DNA of 63,918 bases, counting the filler, from Chiloscyllium plagiosum (Eukaryota), in the NCBI RefSeq assembly GCF_004010195.1. It is 4 parts of one record of this genome, joined end to end, with 100 filler letters (N's around TTAATTAATTAA, not from the genome) between each part and the next. Parts side by side here need not be neighbours in the genome. Positions count along the whole stretch, not along the records: positions 32,007 to 53,962 come from NC_057710.1; 3 more parts are not named here. One strand, written 5' to 3'. Positions within the stretch are counted from its first letter, which is position 1. Each line of letters begins with the position of its first letter. The position numbers were made by a program, and so were the translations under genes. The notes under the pieces are model-generated. The model worked only from the letters and a program-made list of their open reading frames with translations. It was not told the origin of the DNA and did not search any database. Shown here one piece after another: positions 36,201 to 50,200 of this stretch.

Positions 36201-38767
36201 ATAAATGAAAATAGCTTGATATATAAACATGGGAGAGATGAGTACGTTCTATATATCCTATGTTTCGATATATTTTAAGCCAGAACAATCACTACACTAT
36301 AAAAAATGCATGTTGTAACAGCTGTAAGTTAACTATGAAGTTTGTAAATATATAAAACGGCCCATCCAATTGCACTGATAACAAGTATGTAGACCAGTAA
36401 AACTAAATAAAAACATGTTGGAAATGTAGTAAAAATGCAGTTGCATGAGGAAGCATAAAACAATTCTCCTAAAACAAAATAGTTAAAAATAATACAAAAA
36501 CAGAGCAGAACAAAAACCAGCAAAATCTGGTCCAATAAGCAGAGTCCGAGTGTATCTCATAAGGGTTCAAGTCCCATCTGTTCCAGAGGTGTTGTAACAA
36601 CATTTCTGAACAGGTTGATTAGAAAATAGTTTTTTTTTGTGCAGAATCCAGATATTAATTAGGTGGCGGGTGATTTGAGAAGGAGCATGGTGTCACATTT
36701 TAAAGGACCTCCTTTAATTGGTGGTGATTGGCAGCTTGGCAGCTGGGTGGTTGCAAAAACAAAGGCAGACAGCCAGAGATCCATGGGCACTTTTTCTCTT
36801 GTCAGTAGAAGCTAAAGGTGCCAGGCTCTGATTAGGACTGCAGGGTGGGGGTAAAAAATGAACTTGGATATCAGGCCTGTATCTTTGGATTTACCACTGG
36901 GACTTTGGTGGAAGTGAGGACATGAAGGTTTTGGGTTGTATTGAGGTTGCAGTTAGGTTTGGGGCAGAGCAAGGATATTAGAGCTGCCAACAGGATTTTG
37001 TGCGAGCCTGAGTGCTGAGGATATCATAAGGAGAGAATTATAGTTGGGTGCTGGTTAAGTTGCTCAAACTTAACAGTTTAACCTTCACAGCCATCCACTC
37101 ATCCAGTCTGCCAAACCTGACACTCTCTTTCCAGTTACCCAATGTGGCCTAGAAAATACTATTGCCAACATTAGCTGACACACACATTGCAATTGCTGTC
37201 ATTTTGCAGAAGACAATTCATTTCAAATGAAATGGGTAATACTGAAAAATATTTGACAGCATTCACACGCTAAAACTGTGAATAGTAATTTCTAGCTAGT
37301 GTTTTTTATTTTCCTGCATGTGTAAGAAGGGAAAATTAAGTCTGAAGATCATATGCTCATACACTTTATGAAGGAATAAAGTGATTTGATTCCTAATCAG
37401 ACACAATGTGTGGTATTTAATGTCCTAGCAGGATGGGAATGGTCATGAATAGTCATCCTGTCCAGTGGGAAAACAGAGACCATTCAGTACACAGTCAATT
37501 GCCACTTGTGCGTCAACACATTATCATTGGTTTTCTAATAGTAGTGGGATGCCATACACCAGCTATGCTTAATGTCAATACTGGTGGTCTTAATCACGAG
37601 CTGGAAAGATGGTGGCAACTCCATTGCATTTCTGGGGAGCCCAGATGAATCTAAATGTTAATCAGGCAGCTCAGTATTTCCGAACTTTTAAAGAAGATGA
37701 TTATTTCCTCCCCCACAAATCTGTTCACCAATCAGAGGGCTGACAACTCTTCACCGCCAGCAGTAGTTGTCACTACTGGTTCTGCAGGAAACCTTAAGTC
37801 GCAGCCATGGTGGGTGGGGGAGGGAGTGTGTGATGCAGAGTTAGATAACTAGGGCAGGCTCTTTACAGTCAGTCAGACAATAATGTCTGGTGTGTGTTTA
37901 AGATGTCAGTTTGGGGAGAAGGGAACATTTTTCAGTGGCAGACATTCTTGTCTTTGGTGGGGCTCTCCATAGGGTACAGTTTCGCAGAAGCCTCCACTCC
38001 AGTCCCTGAACCCTCAGGGTATAGTGGGTGGCCCTCCCATGTGACTTGAGCATTCTCACTTGCCCCTGGTAAAATGTCGCCAGTAGTAATGAACCAAGTC
38101 CTTCAATTGGCCACTTAAAGGGATTAATTGGCCTTCAGGTGGGTAGGTGGTCTGGGACCTTTCTGAGCCTACATTTAAATGAAGGGAACTGGTTTTCTCC
38201 TGTGCACCCCCCAATCTTTGCTCACTGTCTCGCTACCAAGGTTTGTCCACTGGCTTTGGTGAATCACCGTACCCGCCTCCTGGGCCCTCCTTCCTGGCTA
38301 CAGCTCCACAGTTAGGTGGAAAACTGCAGCCAATTGGCCAGCAGCTCTTTCATTCTCAAGGTATGGGAGCCCTGGCAACAGTTACCTGCTGAATGTCATC
38401 GTGTCAGGGCTCCCAAAAGCAGCTATGACAAGGTTGCCACCATTTTTCCAGTTGGAAAGTTGGTGGATGAGGCCACTATCTTAACCATTATTGTCAACCC
38501 TAATCTTTCAAAGCAGAAGATATTGAATAGCTGTCATTAGGAGTTAAGCATCGAATGAAAGCAATTTATTTCAAAACTGAACTATTCATCCTAACTAGAC
38601 ACAAGTTCATTGGCAAATACGCTTATGTATTTAATCCCCACAATAATATAAGAGCTGAATATCTTACCTTGAACTTGTTGCTATTTTGCTACTACAGTTC
38701 TTTAAGGGTTAATAAATGAAATCAAAAGAAAGAAGGAATCCTATCTGTACTGTACATACTGTCTGAG

Positions 38768-39115
38768 TTAGTGCACATAGTACAGCCAGTACACCAAGTT
38801 AAAAAACCCAAATGTAACAGGAAAGACCACCCGTGACCACCTGTCTATGGCATTCACATCAGCCAAATCTGGGATTTTAATTTTCAGTTGTGATGTTCGT
38901 CGCCGTAAGCGTCCCTTCTTCTGAACTGTGTGCCTTTCTAGTGTGCTTCTACCAAAGCCATCTCTGCTGGTAGCTGGCCTTCTGTATTGGATGTTGGTAT
39001 TGTCATAAGAAAACATGGTCGCTCTTGGATCATTGATATTCGTGAACACCTCAGAAGCTTTCACTTCGTTCCGAATTTCAAGAGTTGTTAGTGGAATATT
39101 TCCATGAGCATCCAC
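38768..39115 (-). CDS. GABRB1: GABA-A receptor subunit beta-1, last coding exon (end of M3-M4 loop, M4, stop)
   Basis: Polypyrimidine tract plus cacag acceptor at 39116-39120, phase 0. [17 protein letters not shown]...[10 protein letters not shown]...[14 protein letters not shown]...IDRWSR...[24 protein letters not shown] and terminal YYVH are beta-1 features; neighbour CORIN agrees. Confidence 0.92.
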   Translation of the reverse strand: MDAHGNIPLTTLEIRNEVKASEVFTNINDPRATMFSYDNTNIQYRRPATSRDGFGRSTLERHTVQKKGRLRRRTSQLKIKIPDLADVNAIDRWSRVVFPVTFGFFNLVYWLYYVH

Positions 39116-40574
39116 CTGTGGTGAAAAGAGAAATATTTTGAGAAACAGAAAATTTGTATTGATTGAGACAATGCAATTTAGAGCTGCTATTACTGTCCAT
39201 GCAGTAACAAGGGCTTTTCACAAACTGATGAGTCATTAAATGGCATTTCTGTACACAATCCATGGTCATCTTGATGTAACACTGACTTTCTTGATGCATC
39301 TCGTAACTTGCAGCTTATAAACTGAAGGGCCTAGAAATTCCATTTTGGCAGCTGTAGCACCAGGCAAATGGTAGGATGCTTGTTCAGCCCACCGGTCCAC
39401 TTTAGCACTGAGTTTGTCCAAAATGATAGTGATGAGATCACAAAGACTTGATATATTTATGATATTTCCTGCCACAGGAGTCTGAAAATTTGGAATAGCA
39501 CCCTCTCACCACTCTGTGGAAGAAGGTGTCTTGTTAAGTTCTGAAGAAAAGGTTTTCATCCTCAAATATAAATTTCTTAGAATGGAACCAATCTCTTTGA
39601 GACTGACAGGCATTGGAAAATTACAAGGCAATACTGTACAACGTGCCATTGTTGGATATTGTGAGAATTGGTGGTATTGTCAGCTGGTTAGGCTATCCAA
39701 TTAGCCTTGCCTTATGATATCATGGAATAGATGAAAGGCACACTGATAAGCACCTGACCCCCTCACATTTAAAATCTGCATCTGGCTCTGAAAGGAAATA
39801 TCGTCTAATGGTGACGGATTCAGACATGAGTTTAAGTCAAGTGCAAGTTTTAAAATGAAGTTTCATGAATCTGCCCATGTTTTATTCACTAACAATGCAG
39901 AATAATTCAATTATTGAGTTGTAATAAAATTCAGTAATTACAACTAATTCTGAAAAGTGACTTTCATTAGCATCTGGGGACTCATGTGATCAGGTAGGGA
40001 GCAACATACTGATAAAGTCACAATTCCTGCAGCAAACCAGTAAGGTAACATTCAGATGCCTCCTGAACATGGCTTAAACATATCTATATGTTGTTGTGCT
40101 GTGGAGTTTCACAAGAGAGGGGTTAGAATTTTAAGTAGTGGAGTTATATGTCAAGTGTTCATAATTGCTAATCCTTAACTAGAAGTTATTTATTTGTAAT
40201 AAATAGTAACCCTCATTATGTATAGACACCTGATCGACACTTTCTCTTAACCTGGGTCTAAAAGATAGGTAAAATGGATTTTCTGCAAATGGTAGACTTG
40301 TTTTAAGGGTACATTGAAAACTCAGACTAATTGACTTGGTGAGTAAACTGGAAGCAGCACTACCTGACACAGCGAAGACAGAGATGATTGAGGTACAAGC
40401 ACAACACTTGGGTTTAGAAAAAACAGAAGAGAGACCAGGCACTCTAAGTAGTGAAGCATTGAAATCAGGTGATATTCAGTTGCGGTCAAAGCAGTTTAAG
40501 GATGAAGAGATTAAAAAAAACTGGAGATGGAATTCCACAGCAAAGAGTAAATCAAGGAAAGGGAAATGGAATTG

Positions 40575-43500
40575 AAAAGACTAATATGGAGGATGGGAAA
40601 AATTTCTGGCTGTTAGAGCTGCTCCTTTTTTTGAGGTATTTTAGGTGTTGGAGGTGATTTCCCTGAATTCCAGGAGCAGCAGTTACTGTTTTATATGCTG
40701 TTGTATTGTTTTGGAACTTTGGGGAAAAAAAGTCAAAACAACAGCAGTTTTAAAAGGGAGAAGAGCAGACAAAGGAAACACATGGTGAGGACAGTGCAGG
40801 AGAGAAAGAGAGAGAGAGAACCTGCACAGTTTCTGCCTTTGCTGTTTGATTTTGTGTATCGCTGGACATCGAAGTACATCTGGGAAAATTAACAAACAGT
40901 GAAATTCACAACTAATCTTGGAGGAACTGTTGGGCGAAGTTCACAGCACAGAATCAGATAAGTTAATTGTTGTTTTAAGTCTCTCCAACAGAAAGGCTGC
41001 AGTATGAGTATAGTGGATTCTTTCTTCATTATATGTTTTTGGAGATAATTCTCTTGATTAAACTTAAAATATAAGCCATAGCTATTCATTTAACCTGGGG
41101 CAGTGTTTGGAGAGGAATAAGACGGTGTTATTTTCTGGGTCTGTAGATTGTGAGGGAGCAAACATGGCCTTTGCAGTGATATGTACTTCTTGTCAGATGT
41201 GGGAGTTCAAAGAGAGTTTAAAGGTTACTGCGGATTATATCTGCCATAAATGCTGTAGAATACGAATCTTATTAGATCGAGTGGATCGGTTGGAGAGACA
41301 GATAGAAGCGATGAAGAATTTGCAACAGCAACAGTATGTGATAGATGGCAGTTATAGGAAGGGGGGAAGGTCTCAGATACAGTCACATAGATGGGTTACC
41401 TCCAGGAAGGGTAAGAGAGGTAGGCAGCTGGTGCAGGAGTCTTTTGTGGATATACCCATTTCAAACAGGTATGCTGTTTTGGAAAATGTACGGGGTGATG
41501 GATTCTCAGGGGAACGTAGCACAAGCAGCCAAGTTTCTGGTATTGAGACTGGCTCTAATGCAACAAGAGGTACGTCAGCTTCCAAGAGATCAATTGTGTT
41601 AGGGGATTCAGAGGTACAGACAGACGTTTCTGTGGCCAGCAGAGAAAAAGCAGAATGGTGTGTTGTTTCCTTGGTGCCAGATCAAGGATGTCTCAGAGAG
41701 GGTGCAGAATGTTCTCGCGGGGGAGAGGGGCCAGCAAGAGGTCATTGTCTACATTGGAACCAATGACATTAGAAGGGAAAAAGTTGAAAGTCTGAAGGGA
41801 GATTACAGAGAGTTAGGCAGAAATTTGAAAAGGATGTCCTCAAGGGTAGTAATATCTGGATTACTCCCAGTGCTACGAGTTAGTGAGGGCAAGAATAGGA
41901 GGATAGAGGAGATGAATGCATGGCTGAGGAGCTGGTGTATGGGAGAAGGATTCACATTTTTGGATCATTGGAATCTCTTTTGGGGTAGAAGTGACTTGTA
42001 CAAGAAGGACGGATTGCACCTAAATTGGAAGGGGACTAATATACTGGCAGGGAAATTTGCTAGAACTGCTTGGGAGGATTTAAACTAGTAAGGTNNNNNN
42101 NNNNNNNNNNNNNNNNNNNNNNNNNNNNNNNNNNNNNNNNNNNNNNNNNNNNNNNNNNNNNNNNNNNNNNNNNNNNNNNNNNNNNNNNNNNNNNNNNNNN
42201 NNNNNNNNNNNNTTTTCTTAACCAAACCCTCAATTTCTTTCGGATACAAATGCTACAGGAAGGATAGAAAGGGGGGCAAGAGAGGAGGGGGAGTGGCATT
42301 TTTGATAAGGGATAGCATTACAGCTGTGCTGAGGGAGGATATTCCCAGAAATACATCCAGGGAAGTTATTTGGGTGGAACTGAGAAATAAGAAAGGGATG
42401 ATCACATTATTGGGATTGTATTATAGACCCCCCCAACAATCAGAGGGAAATTGAGAAACAAACTTGGAAGGAGATCTCAGCCATCTGTAGGAATAATAGG
42501 GTGGTTATGGCAGGGGATTTTAACTTTCCAAACACCAACTGGGACTGCCATAGTATTAAAAGTTTAGATGGAGAGGAATTTCGTAAGTGTGTACAAGACA
42601 ATTTTCTGATTCAGTATGTGGATGTACCTACTAGAGAAGGTGCAAAACTTGACCTACTCTTGGGAAATAAGGCAGAGCAGGTGACTGAGGTGTCAGTGGG
42701 GGAGCACTTTGGGGCCAGCACCATAATTCTATTAGATTTAAAATAGTGATGGAAAAGGATAGACTAGATCTAAAAGTTGAAGTTCTAAATTGGAGAAAGG
42801 CTAATTTTGATGGTATTAGGCAAGAACTTCCAAAAGCTGATTGAAGGCAGATGTTCGAGGGTAAAGGGATGGCTGGAAAATGGGAAGCCTTCAGAAATGA
42901 GATAACAAGAATCCAGAGAAAGTATATTCCTGTCAGGGTGAAAGGGAAGGCTGGTAGGTATAGGGAATGCTGGATGACTAAAGAGATTGTGGGTTTGGTT
43001 AAGAAAAAGATGGAAGCATATGTCAGGTATAGACAGGACAGATCGAGTGAATCCTTAGAAGAGTATAAAGAAAGTAGGAGTATACTTAAGAGGGAAATGA
43101 GGAAGGCAAAACGGGGACATGAGATAGCTTTGGCAAATAGAATTAAGGAGAATCCAAAGGGTTTTTACAAATATATTAAGCACGAAAGGGTAACTAAGGA
43201 GAAAATAGGGCCCCTCAAAGATCAGCAAGGCGGCCTTTGTGTGGAGCCACAGAAAATAGGGGAGATAGTAAATGAATATTTTGCATCAGTATTTACTGTG
43301 GAAAAGGATATGGAAGATCTGCATCAGTATTTACTGTGGAAAAGGATATGGAAGATCTAGACTGTAGGGAAATAGATGGTGACGTCTTGCAAAATGTCCA
43401 GATTACAGAGGAGGAAGTGCTGAATGTCTTGAAATGTTAAAGATGGATAAATCCCCAGGACCTGATCAGGTGTACCTGAGAACTCTGTGGGAAGCTAGAG

Positions 43501-44170
43501 AACTGATTGCTGGGCCTCTTGCTGAGATATTTGTTTCATCGTTAGTCAAAGGTGAGGTGCCAGAAGACTGCAGGTTGGCAAACGTGGTGCCACTGTTTAA
43601 GAAGGGCAGTAAAGACAAGCTAGGGAACTATAGACCAGTGAGCCTGACCTTGGTGTGGGCACGTTGTTGGAGGGAATCCTGAGGGACAGGATGTAAATGT
43701 ATTTGGAAAGGCAAGGACTGATTCGGGATAGTCAACATGGCTTTGTGCATGGGAAATCATGTCTCACAAACTTGATTGAGATTTTTGAAGAAGTAACAAA
43801 GAATGGAGGTGTAGTGGACAGCGAAGAGGGTTACCTCAGATTACAACAGGATCTGGACAAGATGGACCAATGGGCTGAGAAGTGGCAGATGGAGTTTAAT
43901 TCAGATAAATGCAAGGTGCTGCATTTTGGGAAAGCAAATCTTAGCAGGACTTATACACTTAATGGTAAGGTCCTAGGGAGTGTTTCTGAACAAAGAGATC
44001 TTGGAGTGCAGGTTCATAGCTCCTTGAAAGTGGAGTCGCAGGTAGATGGGATAGTGAAGAAGGCGTTTGGTCTGCTTTCCTTTATTGGTCAGAGTATTGA
44101 GTACAGGAGTTGGGAGGTCATGTTGCGGCTGTACAGGACATTGGTTAGGCCACTGTTGGAATATTGGTCT
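40575..44170 (+). mobile_element. Near-full-length degenerate CR1 LINE (5'UTR, ORF1 41164-42088, ORF2 about 42220-44170) with RT-core deletion
   Basis: ORF1 MAFAVICTSCQMWE...CHKCC...IVLGDS...IGTND...DGLHLN; ORF2 GDFNFP, KSPGPD, YRPVSLT, SCLTNL; N gap at 42095-42212. Confidence 0.93.
43283..43358. repeat. Exact 38-bp tandem duplication inside CR1 ORF2
   Basis: gcatcagtatttactgtggaaaaggatatggaagatct twice. Confidence 0.95.
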
Positions 44171-44179
44171 ATGATTCTA

Positions 44180-44997
44180 TGATACAGTGAGATATAGATC
44201 AGTTGTAGACTAGGGTGGAGAAGTGGTAGATGGAGTTTAATCCATGCGAATGTGAGGTGCTGACTTTGGGAGATCAAATGTTAAGGAAAAGTATACAGTT
44301 AATGGCAGGACCCTGAACAGCATTGACGTACAGAGGGATTTTGGGGTTCAAGTCCATAGCTCCCTGAAAGTGGCCATGCTTGCATTTGTTGGTGAGGGAA
44401 TTGAGTAAAAGAGTCAGGATGTCATGTTGCAACTTTTTAAGACTTTGGTTAACTCACACTTAAAGTACTGTATTTAATTCTGGTCACCACATTATAGAAA
44501 GGATGTCAAGGCTTTGGAGAGGGTGCAGAAGAGGTTTGCAGGATGCTACTTGGATTAGAGGGTATGAGCTACAAGGCTCGCTAGAAAAACTCAGGTTGTT
44601 TTCTCTGGAATGGCAGAGGCTGAGGGGAGGCTTAATAGAAATCTATAAAATGATGAGAAGCATAGATAGGGTAAATGGTCACAATCTTTTTCCCAGAGTT
44701 GAAATGTCCAATACTAGGGGACATGCATTTAAGGTGAGAGGGGAAGGTTCAAAGGAGATGTGAGGGGCAAGTCTTTTACACAAATAGTGCTAGGAGTCTG
44801 AAACGTGCTGCCAGGGGTGGTGGTGGAGGTAGTTATGAAAGGGCATTTATTACACTTTTACGTAAGCACATGAGTATGAAAGGGATGGAGGGATATAGAC
44901 AAGGGCAGACAGAGGGATTCATTTAATTTGGCGTCATGTTCAGCACAATATCATGGGCTGAAGGGCCTGTTTCTGTGCTGTGCAGTTCTATGTTCTA
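44180..44997 (+). mobile_element. CR1 3' fragment (different subfamily)
   Basis: LFSLEWQRLRGGLIEIYKMM...TRGHAFK; ttctatgttcta tail; similar to 5555-6240. Confidence 0.85.
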
Positions 44998-45996
44998 ATT
45001 TAAACAAGCAATGCATTTTTGAATGCCTCAATTGACTCTGGCTCCATCAAGCTTTCAGGTTGGGCATTTCAGACCTGAACAACTTGTTACATGAAAAGGT
45101 TTCCCCTCACACCATATTTGCAACATTTTCAAATAATTTTAAACTGTGAAGTCTCGTTTTCAATCCTTATATGTGTGGGAACAAGTTATACCTATAAACA
45201 TTATCTAGTGCTCTTATGATTTGGAAAACCTCTCTTAAATTTCTTCTATACAGTAACAGTATAAATCTCATTCATTTATCTCATAAATGACATTTTTAGC
45301 CTCATGAACTATTTTTGAAAATCTCTTCTGCAGCCTTTTTGACTGCAGCCCAAATCTCATGGTTAGCGGTAAAGATTTAATCTGCCTATTTTTTATGCCG
45401 AAGGCTTTGCATAGTTGTAGCATAGTCATGACACAGCAGTCATAATTCCAATAGATTCAAGATTGTTGTAGAAAACGACAATGATGGGCATAAAATCAAA
45501 ATTCTAAACTGACTTTAATAAAAGCAGGTATAATTTGGCTAGAGTGGACTGGGAGCAGGTACTTTTAGGTAAATCTTTGTCAGAGCAGTAGCTTCATTCA
45601 AGAAGGAAATGAAAAGGGAATTTTCCAATAAAGGGAAAGGTTAGGATCATCAAATCCTGTGAACCCTGGATATCGTGGGATGTATAAGTTTGGATAAAGA
45701 GAAAAAAGGAGGTTTATGGCAGAAACTGAGGGTTCAAAACTGAAGAAGCTCTAGAAAAGTACAGAATGTGCAAGTGGAAACTTAAAAAGGAAGTTAGGAA
45801 AGCAAAGGGGATCATGAAAAATAATGGCATGAAGAATAAAGGAAAATCTGAAGTTACCGTACAAGCATGTTTAAGTTTAAAAGATAACTAGGGAAAGAAT
45901 GGGGCCCAATGAGGACCATAGAGGTAATTTGTACATGGAGCCAAATGACGTAGGTTGGGCTCTAATTGAGTACTTTGTGTAGGTGTTCACTAGTGA

Positions 45997-47290
45997 GAGT
46001 CATAGAGTCATAGAGATGGACAGCATGGAAACAGACCCTTCGGTCCAACCCATCCATGCCGACCAGATATCCCAATCGAATCTAGTCCCACCTGCCAGCA
46101 CCCAGCCCATATCCCTCCAAACCCTTCCTATTCATATACCCATCCAAATGCCTCTTAAATGTTGCAATTGTACCAGCCTCCACCACATCCTCTGGCAGCT
46201 CATTCCATACACGTACCACCCTCTGTGAAAAAGTTGCCCCTGAGGTCTCTTTTATATCTTTCCCCTCTCACCTTAANNNNNNNNNNNNNNNNNNNNNNNN
46301 NNNNNNNNNNNNNNNNNNNNNNNNNNNNNNNNNNNNNNNNNNNNNNNNNNNNNNNNNNNNNNNNNNNNNNNNNNNNNNNNNNNNNNNNNNNNNNNNNNNN
46401 NNNNNNNNNNNNNNNNNNNNNNNNNNNNNNNNNNNNNNNNNNNNNNNNNNNNNNNNNNNNNNNNNNNNNNNNNNNNNNNNNNNNNNNNNNNNNNNNNNNN
46501 NNNNNNNNNNNNNNNNNNNNNNNNNNNNNNNNNNNNNNNNNNNNNNNNNNNNNNNNNNNNNNNNNNNNNNNNNNNNNNNNNNNNNNNNNNNNNNNNNNNN
46601 NNNNNNNNNNNNNNNNNNNNNNNNNNNNNNNNNNNNNNNNNNNNNNNNNNNNNNNNNNNNNNNNNNNNNNNNNNNNNNNNNNNNNNNNNNNNNNNNNNNN
46701 NNNNNNNNNNNNNNNNNNNNNNNNNNNNNNNNNNNNNNNNNNNNNNNNNNNNNNNNNNNNNNNNNNNNNNNNNNNNNNNNNNNNNNNNNNNNNNNNNNNN
46801 NNNNNNNNNNNNNNNNNNNNNNNNNNNNNNNNNNNNNNNNNNNNNNNNNNNNNNNNNNNNNNNNNNNNNNNNNNNNNNNNNNNNNNNNNNNNNNNNNNNN
46901 NNNNNNNNNNNNNNNNNNNACTGTACCTCTTATGCTCACATCCAAATCATTTATGTAAATGACAAAACGTAGAGGACCCAGCACCGATCCTTGTGGCACT
47001 CCACTGGTCACAGGCCTCCCGTCTGAAAAACAACCCTCCACCACCACCCTCTGTCTTCTACCTTTGAGCCAGTTTTGTATCCAAATCGCTAGTATTCCAT
47101 GAGATCTAACCTTGTTAATCAGTCTCCCATGGGGAACCTTGTTGAATGCCTTACTGAAGTCCATACAGATCACATCTACTGCTCTGCCCTCATCAATCCT
47201 CTTTGTTACTTCTTCAAAAAACTCAATCAAGTTTATGAGACATGATTTCCCACGCACAAAGCCATGTTGATTATCCGTAATCAGAGGGAT
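45997..47290 (-). mobile_element. Relatively young 5'-truncated CR1 (spans N gap 46277-46919)
   Basis: gagtcatagagtcatagag tail; [23 protein letters not shown]...[12 protein letters not shown] motifs. Confidence 0.9.
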
Positions 47291-50200
47291 TACCACCTAC
47301 TTATAAAGAATCTATCTACCATTGCCTTAAAACTGTCAGAGACTCTGACTCCACCACCTTTTCAGGACAAGAGCTCCAAAAGACAAATGATCCTCAGAGA
47401 AAAAAAAGTCTCATCTCTGTTTTAAATGAGCAACGCTGATTTTTAAACAATGACCTCTACTTCTATGTTCTGCCATTAAAGGAAATATCCTCTCCACATC
47501 GATCCAGTCAAGACCACTCGATATTTCATTTGTTTCAAAGAAGTGGTGGCTTACTCTCCTAAATAGAAGTCCTTTATCTGGGATAAATATATACTACTGA
47601 CAGCAACTTCCAAATTTAACTGCACATGTGCGGAAACCAGAAGTGGTTGTCAGTGTTATCTAGCAATAATAATGTGTGTTTGACAGCCGACACTGCTATT
47701 AGTACAGCAAAATCTGAATAAGTGTTCTATTGCAAACTGTATCAGGTCAAGTACTAGAAATTAAATTTTGTATGTAACTTTGTTAATGTATTGGGTGGAT
47801 TTTCTAGTTAAATTCAGAGACCGAGGAAGGAACAGAGTGCTGTTATCTTTGTACCCATCAATTACTTTGAATTCAACCACATTCAACTTCTGTAGTGCAT
47901 AACAAGATGTAACACTCATGCTGGGAATTCAATGCACTGTGGGTGGACAATCTAATACTTTGTACTGCCACTGTTGACACACAGCATCAGAAAATTCTCT
48001 TTACCGAGGCAAAGAGTAATTTTGCACAAACTCCATAATATTGTCTTTTTCAAAAATGACATCAAATCTTTTCACTTTAATTCCAGTTAATTAAAAACTG
48101 TCCACGATTAACATCCTTCTTGTCAAAAGGATTCCAACCTACTCAAGCAATGCAATATTGATTTAATCATTTTGCCTCAATGATCTGTGGCAGGCTACTA
48201 TTATTTGTTTTCCACTTGTGCTGTCATACTTTTCTATACAAATCAGATGTGGCAACTTCCCCTCTGTGGATTTGGCTGGCATTTTATTGACTGTCAGATC
48301 CTCCCTGATGAGCACAGTACCCTCCTGCATTTAATGTGTTTTTATGTCTTCTGATCATTCTGAGAGTGGGACTCACATCTCTTCTGTTTGTAACCACATG
48401 CAGTAATTGTTGAGACTCTCCTCTCAGCACTGATCTTTACTCAATGGGATAAAAGATCAGGGATTCGTGCACACGAATAAAAAAGCTCAATTTCTGCATC
48501 CAATTCTATTATCTCTGCTCATGCCAGAAGCTGAATCTCGTAAAGGTTCACCCATAACTCCATTAAACTGGTTACATACATCCTTTCAATACATTCACAA
48601 ATTGGCTTTTCAATGTTGCAATGACCTCCATAACCAGATGTTCTTTCATTTTATTCTCAGTATAGTTTTTATTTTGCCCTAAGATATATCTAAGACAATT
48701 CAACTGTTTCCTCTTCTGATCTTTTTATAAACATCTTTTGTTTTCAAGTCCCATGCTTCTTCATGGCTTCTGTTGCTTCACTCCCTGTTATTATGATATA
48801 AATGTGGCTCTCTATCTCCCACTGTCTCACAAATGCTTTCATTTCAATCACAACAGTAATTGGTCTGCTACATGTTCACTGCTGAGGTAGCACTTGGCTT
48901 TCAGTCTCATATCCAGTAAATCAATGTATTCTAGTTACCCAATAATGGGCAAGTTTAGCAAATATTTGCTCTTTCATTATGCATGTTAATGTTGCATACA
49001 ACTCCTCTTCATCCATGGTAATCGTTAGTGATTTGGTTTCATAATCCAATCACAGTCATTTCAAACAATGAAATAATCAGCTATGTTGCTAAAATAATTA
49101 AAAGATGTTGTTCCACGGCTGTTGTCACCTTTACATCCCTAAGAACAAGACAGTACTTGAAATTATGTGGAACTATCTTCACCCTTTGTTAGAATCTAAT
49201 ACTTGACCACTTGACTCTGGAATAAAATAAATAGTGAAGTATTGCTGAAAAAAAACAAATTTTCTTAAAACGTTTCTTCTTGCACTTATCAGGACAATTC
49301 ACAAGAAATAACAAAATAAAGGGCAAACAACAATTATGCTGCACAGGAGGAAAGTACTCATTGGTTGGCAAGTATTCTCTGGCTGTTAGAGGTATCACTA
49401 TTGGAGATGAACCAGTTAATGATGATTGACAGTTAATTGCCAGGTTTTGTCAAAATTTTTAACCAAACAGGTTGAGTCTGATTCATGAAAGCATTGCCTT
49501 CAGAAGTAAACTGCAGAAAAGTTGTCACATTTTTTAAAATACATTTTTACTATCTGCAAAGAACAACACCCTGTATATTAAACTATGCAGCTTCCAGTAT
49601 GTCCAAATGCATCTTACTATGGGCTCAACTGGCAAAAATGGTTCAGTGTCATTCTTCCCACTCTCAGGATTATTTAACCAATACTGTCCAATCACAGAAA
49701 CATACCTGATGTTAGATACTGTCTGTGGGTTTTACATATGTTGGGGATGGTCAGTACCTTGCTTGTTGCAAACAGCTGAAGGAAAATGCTGCTTGATATG
49801 ATCTGGTGTCTTTGGGATATGCAGACTACATATGTGCCATCACACTGGCACTGAAATCAGACATTATGTTAATCATTTACGCCATGGGCAAAATGTCTTT
49901 TGGCTTGACAACAGCATCCTGTTAGTGGCGAATACCACTCGTGGTACTACAGCATTGTAGCAGCATGCAATAGGAATAGATTCACCTGTGGCTCAAACTT
50001 TCCAAACATTTTATCCAGGATAATCTGATGTAGACTGGTCACATTTCAGGACCAAAAGTGGGGGTCCTAGGCACATTCATAAGTGAGCATGATAAATTAC
50101 AATATCTGATTTAATCAGGGTAGCTACTACCCTGCAGGATGGCTTTGTGCACCCTATTCCAACATTAGGCTGTGAAGGTAGGCTTGCAGGAGACAGTAAT

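Noticed and set aside
36560..36630. GGTTCAAGTCCC B-box as a tRNA gene
   Set aside because: No cloverleaf or A-box context; at most a decayed SINE head.
38565..38570. AATAAA on the minus strand about 200 nt after the GABRB1 stop as the polyA signal
   Set aside because: A hexamer in AT-rich DNA is not sufficient evidence without transcript data.
32460..38700. COMMD8 or ATP10D exons expected downstream of GABRB1 by synteny
   Set aside because: No recognisable peptide with splice sites found by eye; a tblastn search would be needed to exclude small exons.
46159..47296. Long ORFs of 267 and 342 aa
   Set aside because: Length comes from translating the N gap; the real part is a CR1 RT fragment.
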